Part shown: piece after piece, positions 1 to 8,443 of the stretch | How positions within the stretch are numbered: the first letter of the stretch is position 1 | Layout: every line of letters starts with the position of its first letter | Source: a virus | Taxonomy: Duplodnaviria; Caudoviricetes | Direction: 5' to 3' (one strand) | IMG/VR virus record: IMGVR_UViG_3300037047_000246 | DNA length: 64,000 bases | Translations under genes and position numbers: made by a program | Notes under the pieces: model-generated | Told to the model about the DNA's origin: nothing | Database searches by the model: none | Seen by the model: only the letters and a program-made list of their open reading frames with translations

Positions 1-38
1 AGGCGAAGTCCTGGCCCCGGAACGGCTCCGGATGCAAA

Positions 39-837
39 ATGCGGCCCTTCCCGTCGCTCGGCAGGTCGAGCGCGGCCGTCACCATGACGCATTTGCCGCG
101 GACCAGGCTGTTGCGGGCCCGGAGATACCAGACGGCGGAGTCGGCAGCCGACACGACCACGAAATCGGGCTTGCGCGACAGGACCTTGCAAAACATCTTG
201 GCGAGAATGCGGACCATGGCCGAGCTTACGCCAAAGAGCGGCAGATTTCCACACCTGAAATTGGACGCGGTCCGAAGTACCCGGAGCGAACAGGAGTATT
301 CGCAACGGAGGCCGCAAATGCCGGACGCAGACCAGCCGCGGAAGAATGGCAAATGGACGCTGACGGGGCAGGCAAACACGCAATCCGACAAGGAATATTG
401 GCAGCGCAACAAGGAGAAGGTCAAGGCGCAGCACGACCGGTATCGGCGGGAGAATCGGGACAAAATCAACGACAAGCGCAAGGACAGGAGGTGGTGCGAC
501 GGGTACTCGCTCGCAGAGCGGTTTGCCAACGGCAAGGCATGCGCCGCCAAGCGAGGCATCGAATTTTCCTTGACATGCGAGGAACCCGCCGCCACAATCT
601 CGCTCCCGTGCCATTATTGCGGCGGCGGGTTCGGCGAGAAGACTCGAGCCAGCCTCGGCTTGGACAGGCTGGACAGTAAGAGCGGCTACGTCGCCAGAAA
701 CGTGGTGAGCTGCTGCCGGATCTGCAACAACAATTAAATGGGACAAGTTCACTCCGGAGGAGACGAAGGCGATGGTGCGAATTGTCATGGAGATGCGAGG
801 AATATTGAAAGAAGCATGCCAGACATCTGATCGTTAA
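39..837 (+). pseudogene. HNH-type endonuclease, +1 frameshift near 730
   Basis: CHYCGG...LGLDRLD...NVVSCCRICN motif; ORF stops at 737 but the +1 frame continues TIKWDKFTPEETKAM to a stop at 837; start uncertain at window edge. Confidence 0.7.
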
Positions 838-914
838 ACCTAGATGCGAGGGATCCCTCCAGTTCTATGAAATCCGTCTTGATTTATTTGGCTGAGTTCA
901 AACTGCGAGGCGGG

Positions 915-959
915 ACTGCGCTAGCCTTTCGGCCCTTCGGGCCGAAAGGCTAGCGCAGT
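915..959. terminator. 21-bp perfect stem, 3-nt loop, at convergence of + and - blocks
   Basis: ACTGCGCTAGCCTTTCGGCCC-TTC-GGGCCGAAAGGCTAGCGCAGT. Confidence 0.7.
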
Positions 960-1048
960 TAAAAGTACTGAACAAGCGTTTGGTAAAACTATATGCCAGA
1001 CACTTCGCTGACCCCTGCCATATACTTAGCAAGTATATGGCATATACT

Positions 1049-1357
1049 TCAGCTGTCGTGCACTTCGGCGACGTCGATGGTGGTCAAGGCGATGTCCAGA
1101 TGCTGGCGCAGCTGCAGCACTTCGTCCCGGGTCAGGTCGAGGCTGGTGCGGCACCCGGAGTCTGGTCGGTCCAGGGTCAGGCACACGTGCCGGTCAAAAC
1201 GGTCTGGCGGCTCGTTCTCACAAGAGTAAAAGACAACAGACACGCCAACCTGGGCGCCCGTATGCAGCGAAGACTTGAACTGGCAGCAGTACTGGACGCT
1301 GCGGGCAAGCTCCTGGACAGTTTTGGCCGAGCGGCGGCCAGCTAGCAAGCGCTTCAT
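1049..1357 (-). CDS. hypothetical, C-terminal tag (..IDVAEVHDS)
   Basis: ATGA overlap with upstream gene; tag. Confidence 0.7.
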   Translation of the reverse strand: MKRLLAGRRSAKTVQELARSVQYCCQFKSSLHTGAQVGVSVVFYSCENEPPDRFDRHVCLTLDRPDSGCRTSLDLTRDEVLQLRQHLDIALTTIDVAEVHDS

Positions 1358-1638
1358 GAGTTTTGCACTTCCCAGACAGCAAGGTGCTTTTGCACAGTGG
1401 ACACCGCCCGAGCCAGGTTGGCCATCCGAGTCCGGTCGACCCGAGTCTTTGTCCGCTCTGGCTTGCGCTGCAAGCTGGTCAGATAGTCCTGCAGGTGGTC
1501 GAGCTCCCAGCGCCTCTGCATCGCGTCCACGGCGGACGCCACGGGCTCATCCGACACTTTTGTGCGCACTTTCGTGCGCTGCGCAGACGGAACTTGCAGC
1601 CAGGACCGGTTTGGGGCGGCTCGCCAGGAGTCAGGCAT
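1354..1638 (-). CDS. hypothetical, C-terminal tag (..HLAVWEVQNS)
   Basis: coupled operon gene; tag. Confidence 0.7.
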   Translation of the reverse strand: MPDSWRAAPNRSWLQVPSAQRTKVRTKVSDEPVASAVDAMQRRWELDHLQDYLTSLQRKPERTKTRVDRTRMANLARAVSTVQKHLAVWEVQNS

Positions 1639-1870
1639 TGCGCAGCCTGCGGGCCAGCCGGGGGCTCAGCAGAAGCTGCTGCTGGTCGGTCGGACCTATC
1701 TGGACCCGCAGCGCGGCAGCCAGCTGGGCTTCGAAGTCCTGGGCGGCTTTGAATGCGGGGTCGTTTGGACGAGTGGCTTGCAAAGCCGCCTGCACCCAGT
1801 TCAGCACCACTACGGCTTGCGAAGGGTGCATTTCGAACGCAATCTTCTTTCGAAAGGGGACTCTAGGCAT
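1631..1870 (-). CDS. hypothetical protein
   Basis: ORF MPRVPFRKK.. coupled to downstream gene. Confidence 0.6.
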   Translation of the reverse strand: MPRVPFRKKIAFEMHPSQAVVVLNWVQAALQATRPNDPAFKAAQDFEAQLAAALRVQIGPTDQQQLLLSPRLARRLRNA

Positions 1871-1898
1871 TTGGAAACGGCTCCTTTGAATCCCCACC

Positions 1899-2078
1899 TT
1901 ACAGCAGGGAGCTCAAGAGGTTCCCCTGTCCCACTCGACGGCCGGAGCGGTCCCTGGTGACGTCCTGGCTTTTGTCGTACTCTCCCACTTTGCGGCCAGT
2001 CTCGTCGAAGGCCTCGAGTTTGTTGCCCCGGTCTTCGATGCGCCCCACTCGCTTTCCCGACGCGTCTTTGAGCACCAT
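1899..2078 (-). CDS. 59-aa small beta-rich protein (MVLKDASGKRVGRIEDRGNK..GRRVGQGNLLSSLL)
   Basis: manually translated (below ORF-track cutoff); GGAG SD; repeated D-x-x-G-R/K-x-V-G units. Confidence 0.7.
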   Translation of the reverse strand: MVLKDASGKRVGRIEDRGNKLEAFDETGRKVGEYDKSQDVTRDRSGRRVGQGNLLSSLL

Positions 2079-2145
2079 TGCAAATCTCCCTTCAGGATTG
2101 CCTACGGGGAAACTCGTCCCATTTACGGCAAATCCCCTCCGGGGA

Positions 2146-2289
2146 TGTGTTCAAACTGTGGCCTTTGAAGCTTTGGCAAAGCACATATGGCCTTCGAAGC
2201 AGTTCAACCGATCAGGCCGCTGGCCACCCCGAGGGTGTGTTCAAACTGTGGCCTTTGAAGCTTTGGCAAAGCACATATGGCCTTCGAAG
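2146..2289. repeat. two exact 54-bp direct repeats, period 90 bp
   Basis: TGTGTTCAAACTGTGGCCTTTGAAGCTTTGGCAAAGCACATATGGCCTTCGAAG at 2146-2199 and 2236-2289. Confidence 0.95.
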
Positions 2290-2557
2290 ATACAAGTTTA
2301 CCCGGCGATTTTCTCTTTCCCTTTTGGACCTCCCGCTCGTGTCTCTGTTTGGAATCCAGCAGTGCGGGCTTACAACAGCAACTGTCTAGGTCTGGGAAGC
2401 GAGGCCGGGTCTTTTGTTCAACTTCGCCTTCGAATGTCGAACTCGGGTGCAGCTGCACCAACTTGAACCGTTGCAGCTCCGCTACGCGCCTTTTATCCTA
2501 GGAAAGGGTGAGGCTTCGCTGCGACGGCACAGTCCGTGCGCCATAAAAGGCCTGAAA

Positions 2558-3160
2558 TTACGAGTCTTGCACCTGTTTGGTGACTAGGTCCTGCAGAAAT
2601 TTCTCCAACACCTTTTCGGACGGGTTCCTGATTCTACAGATAGTGCCGTCCCGCCGGACAGCTTCGAGCTGCACCTTTTCGGACGGCCGCTCTATGTACT
2701 GAATTGCCCAACTGTTTCGCCGTACTGCTGCAAGCTGCACCTTTTCGGACGGCCGCTTGATGAACTGTACAGCGGTCCAGTTTTTCTTGACTGCTGCAAG
2801 CTGGACCTGCTCGGACGGACTTTTGATGCACTGAATCGAATCCCCGTCCATTTTGACTGCTGCAAGCTGCACCTGCTCGGACGGTCGCTTGATGTACTGG
2901 ACTGAGCGCCAATTCTGCCGGACTGCTGCAAGCTGAACCTGCTCGGAGGGGTTTTTGATATACCGGATCAACCAGCCGTTCTGCCGGACTGCTGCGAGCT
3001 GAACCTGCTCGGAGGGGTTTTTGGTATACCGGATCAACCAGTTTTGCTTGACTGCTTCGAGCTGGAACCGCTCCTGGCACAGACCCAGCGCGCATTTCAA
3101 GCCCAACTCGAATGCCACTTCAGGAGTCAGTCCGTACTTTTTCAACAAAGACTTCAGCAT
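2558..3160 (-). CDS. DUF4116-like 24-aa repeat protein with C-terminal tag (..DLVTKQVQDS)
   Basis: tandem PSEQVQLAAVRQNGWLIRYIKN repeats. Confidence 0.8.
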   Translation of the reverse strand: MLKSLLKKYGLTPEVAFELGLKCALGLCQERFQLEAVKQNWLIRYTKNPSEQVQLAAVRQNGWLIRYIKNPSEQVQLAAVRQNWRSVQYIKRPSEQVQLAAVKMDGDSIQCIKSPSEQVQLAAVKKNWTAVQFIKRPSEKVQLAAVRRNSWAIQYIERPSEKVQLEAVRRDGTICRIRNPSEKVLEKFLQDLVTKQVQDS

Positions 3161-3189
3161 GACGGCCCTTCCAGCGGGATGTGGCAGGT

Positions 3190-3894
3190 TCAGCCGAACT
3201 TGAGCGCCGGCTCGACCCTCTTGACCGCCTGGGCCAGCAGCGCGCGGGTGTTGTCGTCGACTTCCTTGATGCGCCTTTCGTAGTCCTTGGAAGCCGAGAC
3301 CTTGGTTTCGGTGTCGAACAGGGTCTGCATGGCGTTTTCCAGGTCATCGCCGACCATGCCGAGCTCGCCGAGCAGTCCCCGCACCAGCTCTTCTGCGTTG
3401 GCCTTGAGGCGTTTGGCGGTCTCGACCACGAACAACCGGTCGAAAGTGGCCTGGTCCAGCACCTGGGCCTGCAGCATCCCCAGAGCCGCGTCGCGCGCCA
3501 CCGTGTAGCGGTTGGTGCACACCACGGACACGTACCGGGTCTCCCTTGCGGCAGGGTCCCCCGGCACTTCCACCGAGTACGGGACGGAGACGGTGGTCAC
3601 GTCGCATTTGAACGTGTCGTTGTACAGCTCCCTCTTGTCGGCGCCGTACTGGCGCATGTCGGACTGAATCATCGAGAACCTGGCCTCTGCCTCCTGCAGC
3701 GCCGCCTTGAGCTCGGCCGCGGTCTGGGCCTTTTCGGCCATGGCCGGGTCGAATCCGAGGCGGACCACGTTCTTGTCCCTGCGGGCGCCAGCCAGAGCCG
3801 GGTCCTGCAGCTGGACAGTCAGGGCCGAAGCGGCCTGTCCGTCCACGGTCTTTTTGCTGGCAAGCCGCTTGAGGGTGTCGAGTGCTGATGTCAT
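3190..3894 (-). CDS. hypothetical phage protein
   Basis: long ORF, GGAG SD, promoter motif upstream. Confidence 0.8.
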   Translation of the reverse strand: MTSALDTLKRLASKKTVDGQAASALTVQLQDPALAGARRDKNVVRLGFDPAMAEKAQTAAELKAALQEAEARFSMIQSDMRQYGADKRELYNDTFKCDVTTVSVPYSVEVPGDPAARETRYVSVVCTNRYTVARDAALGMLQAQVLDQATFDRLFVVETAKRLKANAEELVRGLLGELGMVGDDLENAMQTLFDTETKVSASKDYERRIKEVDDNTRALLAQAVKRVEPALKFG

Positions 3895-3904
3895 GCGCGT
3901 CGTC

Positions 3905-3970
3905 TCCTGGGTTGGTTGTCTGCTCGCTGCTCGGTACGCAGCAAGCCGCCCAGCTTCCGCCACTCACTGA
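3905..3970 (-). promoter_or_regulatory. CGTAC-class element with C/A-rich leader
   Basis: CGTACCG then AGACAACCAACCCAGGAG; upstream box weak. Confidence 0.5.
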
Positions 3971-4248
3971 GACTGCACTTTATACACCTCGGCATCAAGC
4001 AGCAGCTGGGCGGCTTGCTCGTCGGTCAGCGCTAAACGCCGGCTTTTGGTGGCAGGCACAACCGCCCAACACTGCTGGCAATACCGGGTTAGAACGGTGT
4101 TGAACTGGTCTGGATTTTGGTCATCCTCGCACCAGAACACCACCCACTGGGTGGGCAGGTTGAGGCATCGGTGGCGCCACCGGGCCGGGCATGACCGGCC
4201 GCAGTCATCGGTGTTGTAAACGAATCGTCCAGTAATTTCTATCATCAT
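3964..4248 (-). CDS. Cys-rich hypothetical, tag (..AEVYKVQSQ)
   Basis: AGGAG SD; several Cys pairs; tag. Confidence 0.7.
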   Translation of the reverse strand: MMIEITGRFVYNTDDCGRSCPARWRHRCLNLPTQWVVFWCEDDQNPDQFNTVLTRYCQQCWAVVPATKSRRLALTDEQAAQLLLDAEVYKVQSQ

Positions 4249-4410
4249 GCGAGGAGCTCCTTGGGTCTACTGCAGGCCGCGCAAAGTTTCCAGGCGCGAC
4301 GCTGCTGCGGCGGCGCGGGCGGCGGGCCGAGCGAGCGGCGCGCGGCGCGCGGAGCGCGGCGCGCGGACGGCCCAAGCGCTCGGCGGCGCGAGCCAGGCGC
4401 GCGGCGCCGC

Positions 4411-4908
4411 TCATGACTCGTGCACCAGTTCCACTTGAACTTCGCTTACCGTTTCCAGCATCTGCTCGTGCGTGCCGCCCCGCTTGAAGAACGTCCGAAC
4501 GGCACGTTGCAAATTATCTTTTGCTGACCTCAAAGCCTCTTCGGCGTTTGAGGCGTCTGCTTGGGCGAACTGCTCTGGCGGAATGGAGGCGACGAACTCG
4601 ACGAACTTTTGCTGTAATATCAGGAAAGTTTGTTCGTAGTCTGATGACCAACTGTCGCAGCAAGTGTTGGCGTACTGCTGCAAACTGTTTGATATGATCT
4701 GCAGGTCTTCGGTGCGAGAAGGCTTTCTGAACGAAATGAACCAAGATGGCCTGGGGTCGTAGTCACCCAAGTGGGCCCGAGGCGTGTCGTACTTCGGATC
4801 TCCCGTGACGAACCTGGCCGACACCCTGGACCGGCTGAATACTCGGTCCAGCTCGAAGTGACCTTTCCGAGCCATTCGCTCCATGCGCTTGCGATCTCTA
4901 TCATTCAT
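4411..4908 (-). CDS. hypothetical, extended tag (..GGTHEQMLETVSEVQVELVHES)
   Basis: ORF track; tag. Confidence 0.8.
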   Translation of the reverse strand: MNDRDRKRMERMARKGHFELDRVFSRSRVSARFVTGDPKYDTPRAHLGDYDPRPSWFISFRKPSRTEDLQIISNSLQQYANTCCDSWSSDYEQTFLILQQKFVEFVASIPPEQFAQADASNAEEALRSAKDNLQRAVRTFFKRGGTHEQMLETVSEVQVELVHES

Positions 4909-4940
4909 TTTGAGGCAAGCAGCTTGCTAAAAACTCAGAA

Positions 4941-5363
4941 TCACTCATTGTGGATGATCTCCACTTGGAGCTCGGGGCTGTACGGCCCGGACTCGTCTTG
5001 GGCCGACGGGGTCTGTCGGCCCAAAATGTGGCCGAACAGCTCGGTGAGCACGAGCACATCGTCCTCGTTCCTGTCGAACGGCAGGCGCAGCTTTTCGGCC
5101 ACGTAGTTAGGCGCCAGGTACCCGGCCGGAGCCAGCACGCAGCAGCGCCCGCTGCAAGCGCCGTCCGCGAGCGACACCACGAACGAGCCGGGAAAGCATC
5201 CGATCCCTTCTTCTGCGCCCCCGGGCACCTGCACGAACGACACCACATACCTGGAGCCGTTGCCCGGCTGGTACTCGAGCAGCACCTGGCGGGAGAACAG
5301 CCTGGTCGGGTCGTGATGATCGCGGATCCAGCAGATGGACTCTTGAATCGTCTTGGTTCGCAT
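4941..5363 (-). CDS. hypothetical, tag (..ELQVEIIHNE)
   Basis: GAGGTGA SD; tag. Confidence 0.75.
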   Translation of the reverse strand: MRTKTIQESICWIRDHHDPTRLFSRQVLLEYQPGNGSRYVVSFVQVPGGAEEGIGCFPGSFVVSLADGACSGRCCVLAPAGYLAPNYVAEKLRLPFDRNEDDVLVLTELFGHILGRQTPSAQDESGPYSPELQVEIIHNE

Positions 5364-5372
5364 TCAGTCACC

Positions 5373-5573
5373 TCAACTGTTGTGCACGAGCCACAGCTCG
5401 GCTTCTCGCTCTGTGATTTCCGTATTCGCAAACAGCCAGCGCCCGTCCGGGTGTGGGCAATCGTCTTCTGCGTGCCATTTGCACCAGGCTACAAGCTCCT
5501 GCCCTAGTGTGGCAAACCGGACAGCTGTGCAGCGGCATTTGCGGTCGTCATCGTCCACGTAGTTGCAATTCAT
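5373..5573 (-). CDS. small Cys/His putative Zn-binding protein, tag (..EAELWLVHNS)
   Basis: C..C...CxxH pattern shared with paralogs. Confidence 0.75.
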   Translation of the reverse strand: MNCNYVDDDDRKCRCTAVRFATLGQELVAWCKWHAEDDCPHPDGRWLFANTEITEREAELWLVHNS

Positions 5574-5683
5574 GACTCTTGCACCGCCTCGACCACGGTC
5601 TCTTTGACGAGCTCGGCCAGCTCCTGCTCAAGCTCGTCGGTGTCGGCCCCGGCGGCGTCAGTCAGCTTTGATGCACCAGCCAT
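5570..5683 (-). CDS. 37-aa tag-only micro-ORF
   Basis: MAGASKLTDAAGADTDELEQELAELVKETVVEAVQES*, manual translation. Confidence 0.6.
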   Translation of the reverse strand: MAGASKLTDAAGADTDELEQELAELVKETVVEAVQES

Positions 5684-5856
5684 ACCTCGGCCTCTTGTTC
5701 GGTCACTTCAGCATACAGGAACAGCCAAATGCCGCTTGCGTTCAAACCAAGCGCGTAATGCGCCTCGCACCTGGTCACCAAATAACCGTCGCCCGTCAGG
5801 GCGAACCGGACAGCTGGTCCGTTGCAGTACTCGGTTTCTGAGTGGTTGCATTTCAT
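5662..5856 (-). CDS. small Cys/His putative Zn-binding protein, tag (..EAEVWLVHQS)
   Basis: paralog of 5373-5573. Confidence 0.75.
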   Translation of the reverse strand: MKCNHSETEYCNGPAVRFALTGDGYLVTRCEAHYALGLNASGIWLFLYAEVTEQEAEVWLVHQS

Positions 5857-5866
5857 GGTGCCAATC

Positions 5867-6337
5867 TCACGACTGGTGCACTCCCTCGCAAATGGCTTCC
5901 CTCACGAGCTGCTGCAGCTGCTTTTGCGTCATGCCGCGGTTGACCAGATCTTGCACTTGCTCCTTGAAAGCTCGGCACTTCAGTTCCAAATTCCTTTTGT
6001 CCAGTGCCCGGCGTGAAGACTTGGCGCCGGCGGCAGCTTGGCGCAGGGCCTTCGCCACAGCTTTTTGCTGACCAGAGTCGGCTCTGGCCTCGTTTGCCCG
6101 AGCGGCCACCTGGCCGGACAGCTGAGCGGCGTCCTGCTCGGACAAGCAGACTCCGAAAGACAACGCCCAAGCGCGCAAGTGCTCTTTGGTTTTGTCAACG
6201 TCTCCTGAGTCCAGAACTTTGCACTCGACATATTTGCTGCCTGCAGCGGACTTGAACAGCACCGGCACGGACACTGGCACGGACACTTTGCCGGAGCCGT
6301 CCATCCAGAGTTTGCCGAGTCCAACCTCAAACTTCAT
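5867..6337 (-). CDS. hypothetical, extended tag (..GMTQKQLQQLVREAICEGVHQS)
   Basis: start MKFEVG after AGGAG SD and promoter motif. Confidence 0.8.
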   Translation of the reverse strand: MKFEVGLGKLWMDGSGKVSVPVSVPVLFKSAAGSKYVECKVLDSGDVDKTKEHLRAWALSFGVCLSEQDAAQLSGQVAARANEARADSGQQKAVAKALRQAAAGAKSSRRALDKRNLELKCRAFKEQVQDLVNRGMTQKQLQQLVREAICEGVHQS

Positions 6338-6360
6338 TACTAGCTCCTTCTTCCCCGGCT

Positions 6361-6400
6361 CGGTACGCGCGGCGCGCGGCGCCTTGCGCCGGCGCTCAAG
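6361..6400 (-). promoter_or_regulatory. bipartite promoter-like element
   Basis: TTGAGC-N26-CGTACCG; 39/40 identical to 17775-17814. Confidence 0.7.
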
Positions 6401-6929
6401 CTTCCTGCACCAAGCGAATGAGCTTGACCCGGTCGCGATATAGCCCATCCGGCTCCATCGAGTACTGGACCTGGCAGCAGTCGGCGAGTTTGGCCCAGAA
6501 CCGGAGCTTCTGGATGGTCTTGCCGTTCTTGCCCACGACCCTCCAAGTGATGGAGTCGTAATCATCCCCTTCCTTCAGGCGCCCCTTGTTGAAGGTCCGG
6601 ATGTAGACCCGGTCGCACTCCAAAGCCAGACCGGCCGGCAGGGTCACTTGGGTGCGCTTCAGAACTCCTCCGTAGCGCTGGCCCTCGACTGAGTCGTAGC
6701 AATCCTTCCAGTGATTGCCTGTGGGTTTGAAAACTCCGAGCGCCTTGCCGAACTCGTGGTTGCGACCCTCGAAATACAGCGTGAAGGTCCAAGACTCGGC
6801 CAGCACAATCCGGTCTCCGCAAGCTGGAATGAACAGCTTGGTAGCTTGCTTACGCGCCAGCGGCGTCTTGGACGCAAGTTCGCTCAAGTCCAACGGCCCG
6901 TTCTGTTTTGTCTTCTTGATCTTTGCCAT
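6396..6929 (-). CDS. hypothetical, tag (..KLIRLVQEA)
   Basis: GGAG SD; tag. Confidence 0.8.
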   Translation of the reverse strand: MAKIKKTKQNGPLDLSELASKTPLARKQATKLFIPACGDRIVLAESWTFTLYFEGRNHEFGKALGVFKPTGNHWKDCYDSVEGQRYGGVLKRTQVTLPAGLALECDRVYIRTFNKGRLKEGDDYDSITWRVVGKNGKTIQKLRFWAKLADCCQVQYSMEPDGLYRDRVKLIRLVQEA

Positions 6930-6932
6930 CGG

Positions 6933-7190
6933 TCATCTCCCGGAACCTGAGCAGACCCACTGGCGCACTTCAGCTGCGGCCGGCTCGACGCGGTGCAGCG
7001 CGAAGGTCCAGACTTCGTCGGAGATAAAGCCCCGGCCGCAGCTGCACTCATAGCACTGATCTAAGATTTCGAACCGGACTGTCATCGGCAAGTCGGCCCG
7101 GCGAGCGAACCGCAGAATCTTGCTGGCTTGCTGGGTCGCCAGCTCGTCTTTTTTGGCGAACAGAATTTCCTGCTTGGTTTTCCTAGGCAT
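6933..7190 (-). CDS. small hypothetical with CxCxCG
   Basis: coupled operon gene. Confidence 0.7.
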   Translation of the reverse strand: MPRKTKQEILFAKKDELATQQASKILRFARRADLPMTVRFEILDQCYECSCGRGFISDEVWTFALHRVEPAAAEVRQWVCSGSGR

Positions 7191-7374
7191 CGTGTACCTC
7201 CGCCACTTGGTTGAGTTGGTCGGCCACCGCGCTCGCCTCGCCGTACGTGTCTGCCGCAGCCACCTCCAGGTCTGGGACCTGGCCTAAAAACTCTGGCGTC
7301 ATACGTTCTCTCGGCATGGCCCGGTACCACCCTGACGCGTCCTTCAGCACGGCGTAAAGCTTGGGCTCAGGCAC
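7183..7374 (-). CDS. small hypothetical, tag (..LNQVAEVHDA)
   Basis: coupled; tag. Confidence 0.7.
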   Translation of the reverse strand: MPEPKLYAVLKDASGWYRAMPRERMTPEFLGQVPDLEVAAADTYGEASAVADQLNQVAEVHDA

Positions 7375-7561
7375 CGTGCACCTGCGCCACTTGGTTGAGT
7401 TTTTCGGCCAGCAGACACGCTTCCACGAACGGCATCTTGCTGCTCACAATTTCGACGTGTCTGAACATGAAGAACCACGAGCCCGCTTGGACCGGCGAGT
7501 ATCGCCCGCATATGTCGCGGCGAACAATCCAGCAACAAGCCGTCACATCAGAGTATTGCAT
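7367..7561 (-). CDS. small hypothetical, tag (..LNQVAQVHGA)
   Basis: 3' end near-identical to that of 7183-7374. Confidence 0.55.
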   Translation of the reverse strand: MQYSDVTACCWIVRRDICGRYSPVQAGSWFFMFRHVEIVSSKMPFVEACLLAEKLNQVAQVHGA

Positions 7562-7582
7562 TTTGTCCGCTCCCGGCGCAGG

Positions 7583-8158
7583 TCAGCTAATTTGAACGTC
7601 CGCCACTGCCATGAGGTCCTCGAGCTCCTGCTCGGTTGTCGGCGCAGCGTGGTGCTGCAGCAGCTGCGCCACCATCCCAAGCCGAGTGCCAGGCCGGATG
7701 TTGGTGGGCGTCGTGCCGCCGTTTCGAAGCAGCATCAACTGCACGGCTGACACTAGGTCGCGGACCGGCATCGAATACCCGCGAGCCTCGATCAAGCCCG
7801 CGTCGGCAGAGCGCCATATGAACTCGTTGACGAGCGCCGTCGGGATGGGCCTGATCTTTCTGCATAAGCGCTCGTAAGAGACGGCAAGCTTGGCCAAAGA
7901 CACGGTCAGCATGCCTGCCACAGGCCAATGCGCCCCAGGCTTGGGCTGGAATTTGTCCATCGTCAAACGCCGCAGCAAGTAGTGCCGCAGCGCGGCGGTC
8001 GGATCGCACTTCGGGCAGTCGACTACGTGCTTTTTGACTTCAGTGTACAGATGCACATTGTCGACCATGAACCGTTCGACCCGGTCGGTCTTATCCAGCT
8101 TGAACCGGCCGTTTCCGCCTTTGCCGTTGCCGGACACCGTGATGATGCAGTCAAACAT
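7583..8158 (-). CDS. hypothetical with CxxC, tag (..LMAVADVQIS)
   Basis: start MFDCII; CPKC; tag. Confidence 0.75.
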   Translation of the reverse strand: MFDCIITVSGNGKGGNGRFKLDKTDRVERFMVDNVHLYTEVKKHVVDCPKCDPTAALRHYLLRRLTMDKFQPKPGAHWPVAGMLTVSLAKLAVSYERLCRKIRPIPTALVNEFIWRSADAGLIEARGYSMPVRDLVSAVQLMLLRNGGTTPTNIRPGTRLGMVAQLLQHHAAPTTEQELEDLMAVADVQIS

Positions 8159-8163
8159 ATGCG

Positions 8164-8376
8164 TCACCAATCCCCCAGCGCTCGAAACGCTGCTGTCAGC
8201 TTCGCCATATCCTTGGGCTGCGGCTCGTCGAGCAGCTCCCAGCGCACGTTGAAGACGTGCTTGCGCCGGAACCGCGCGAGCCAGGAGAGCACGCGCCCGA
8301 GCGGGATCGTCGCGTGCGTCGTGGGCGCGTTGCCGGCGCACTTCTCGTACGTCACCTTCATCAGCACTCGGACCAT
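8164..8376 (-). CDS. small hypothetical
   Basis: GGAGGTGA SD and promoter motif upstream. Confidence 0.7.
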   Translation of the reverse strand: MVRVLMKVTYEKCAGNAPTTHATIPLGRVLSWLARFRRKHVFNVRWELLDEPQPKDMAKLTAAFRALGDW

Positions 8377-8383
8377 GCTCTAT

Positions 8384-8435
8384 CACCTCCGCGATCGTAT
8401 ATTCGCGGCGCGCGGCGGGCTCCGGCCGGCTTCAG
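8384..8435 (-). promoter_or_regulatory. bipartite promoter-like element (variant downstream box)
   Basis: CTGAAG-N26-AATATACG...GGAGGTGA. Confidence 0.55.
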
Positions 8436-8443
8436 GGAAGGCG

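Noticed and set aside
2146-2289. CRISPR array
   Set aside because: Only two repeats, 54 bp is long for a CRISPR repeat, and no cas genes or leader were seen; kept only as a direct repeat.
4261-4414. Near-pure GC stretch as a regulatory repeat
   Set aside because: Begins with an ATGA-coupled start and reads as an Ala/Arg-rich, probably frameshifted ORF; no defined repeat unit.
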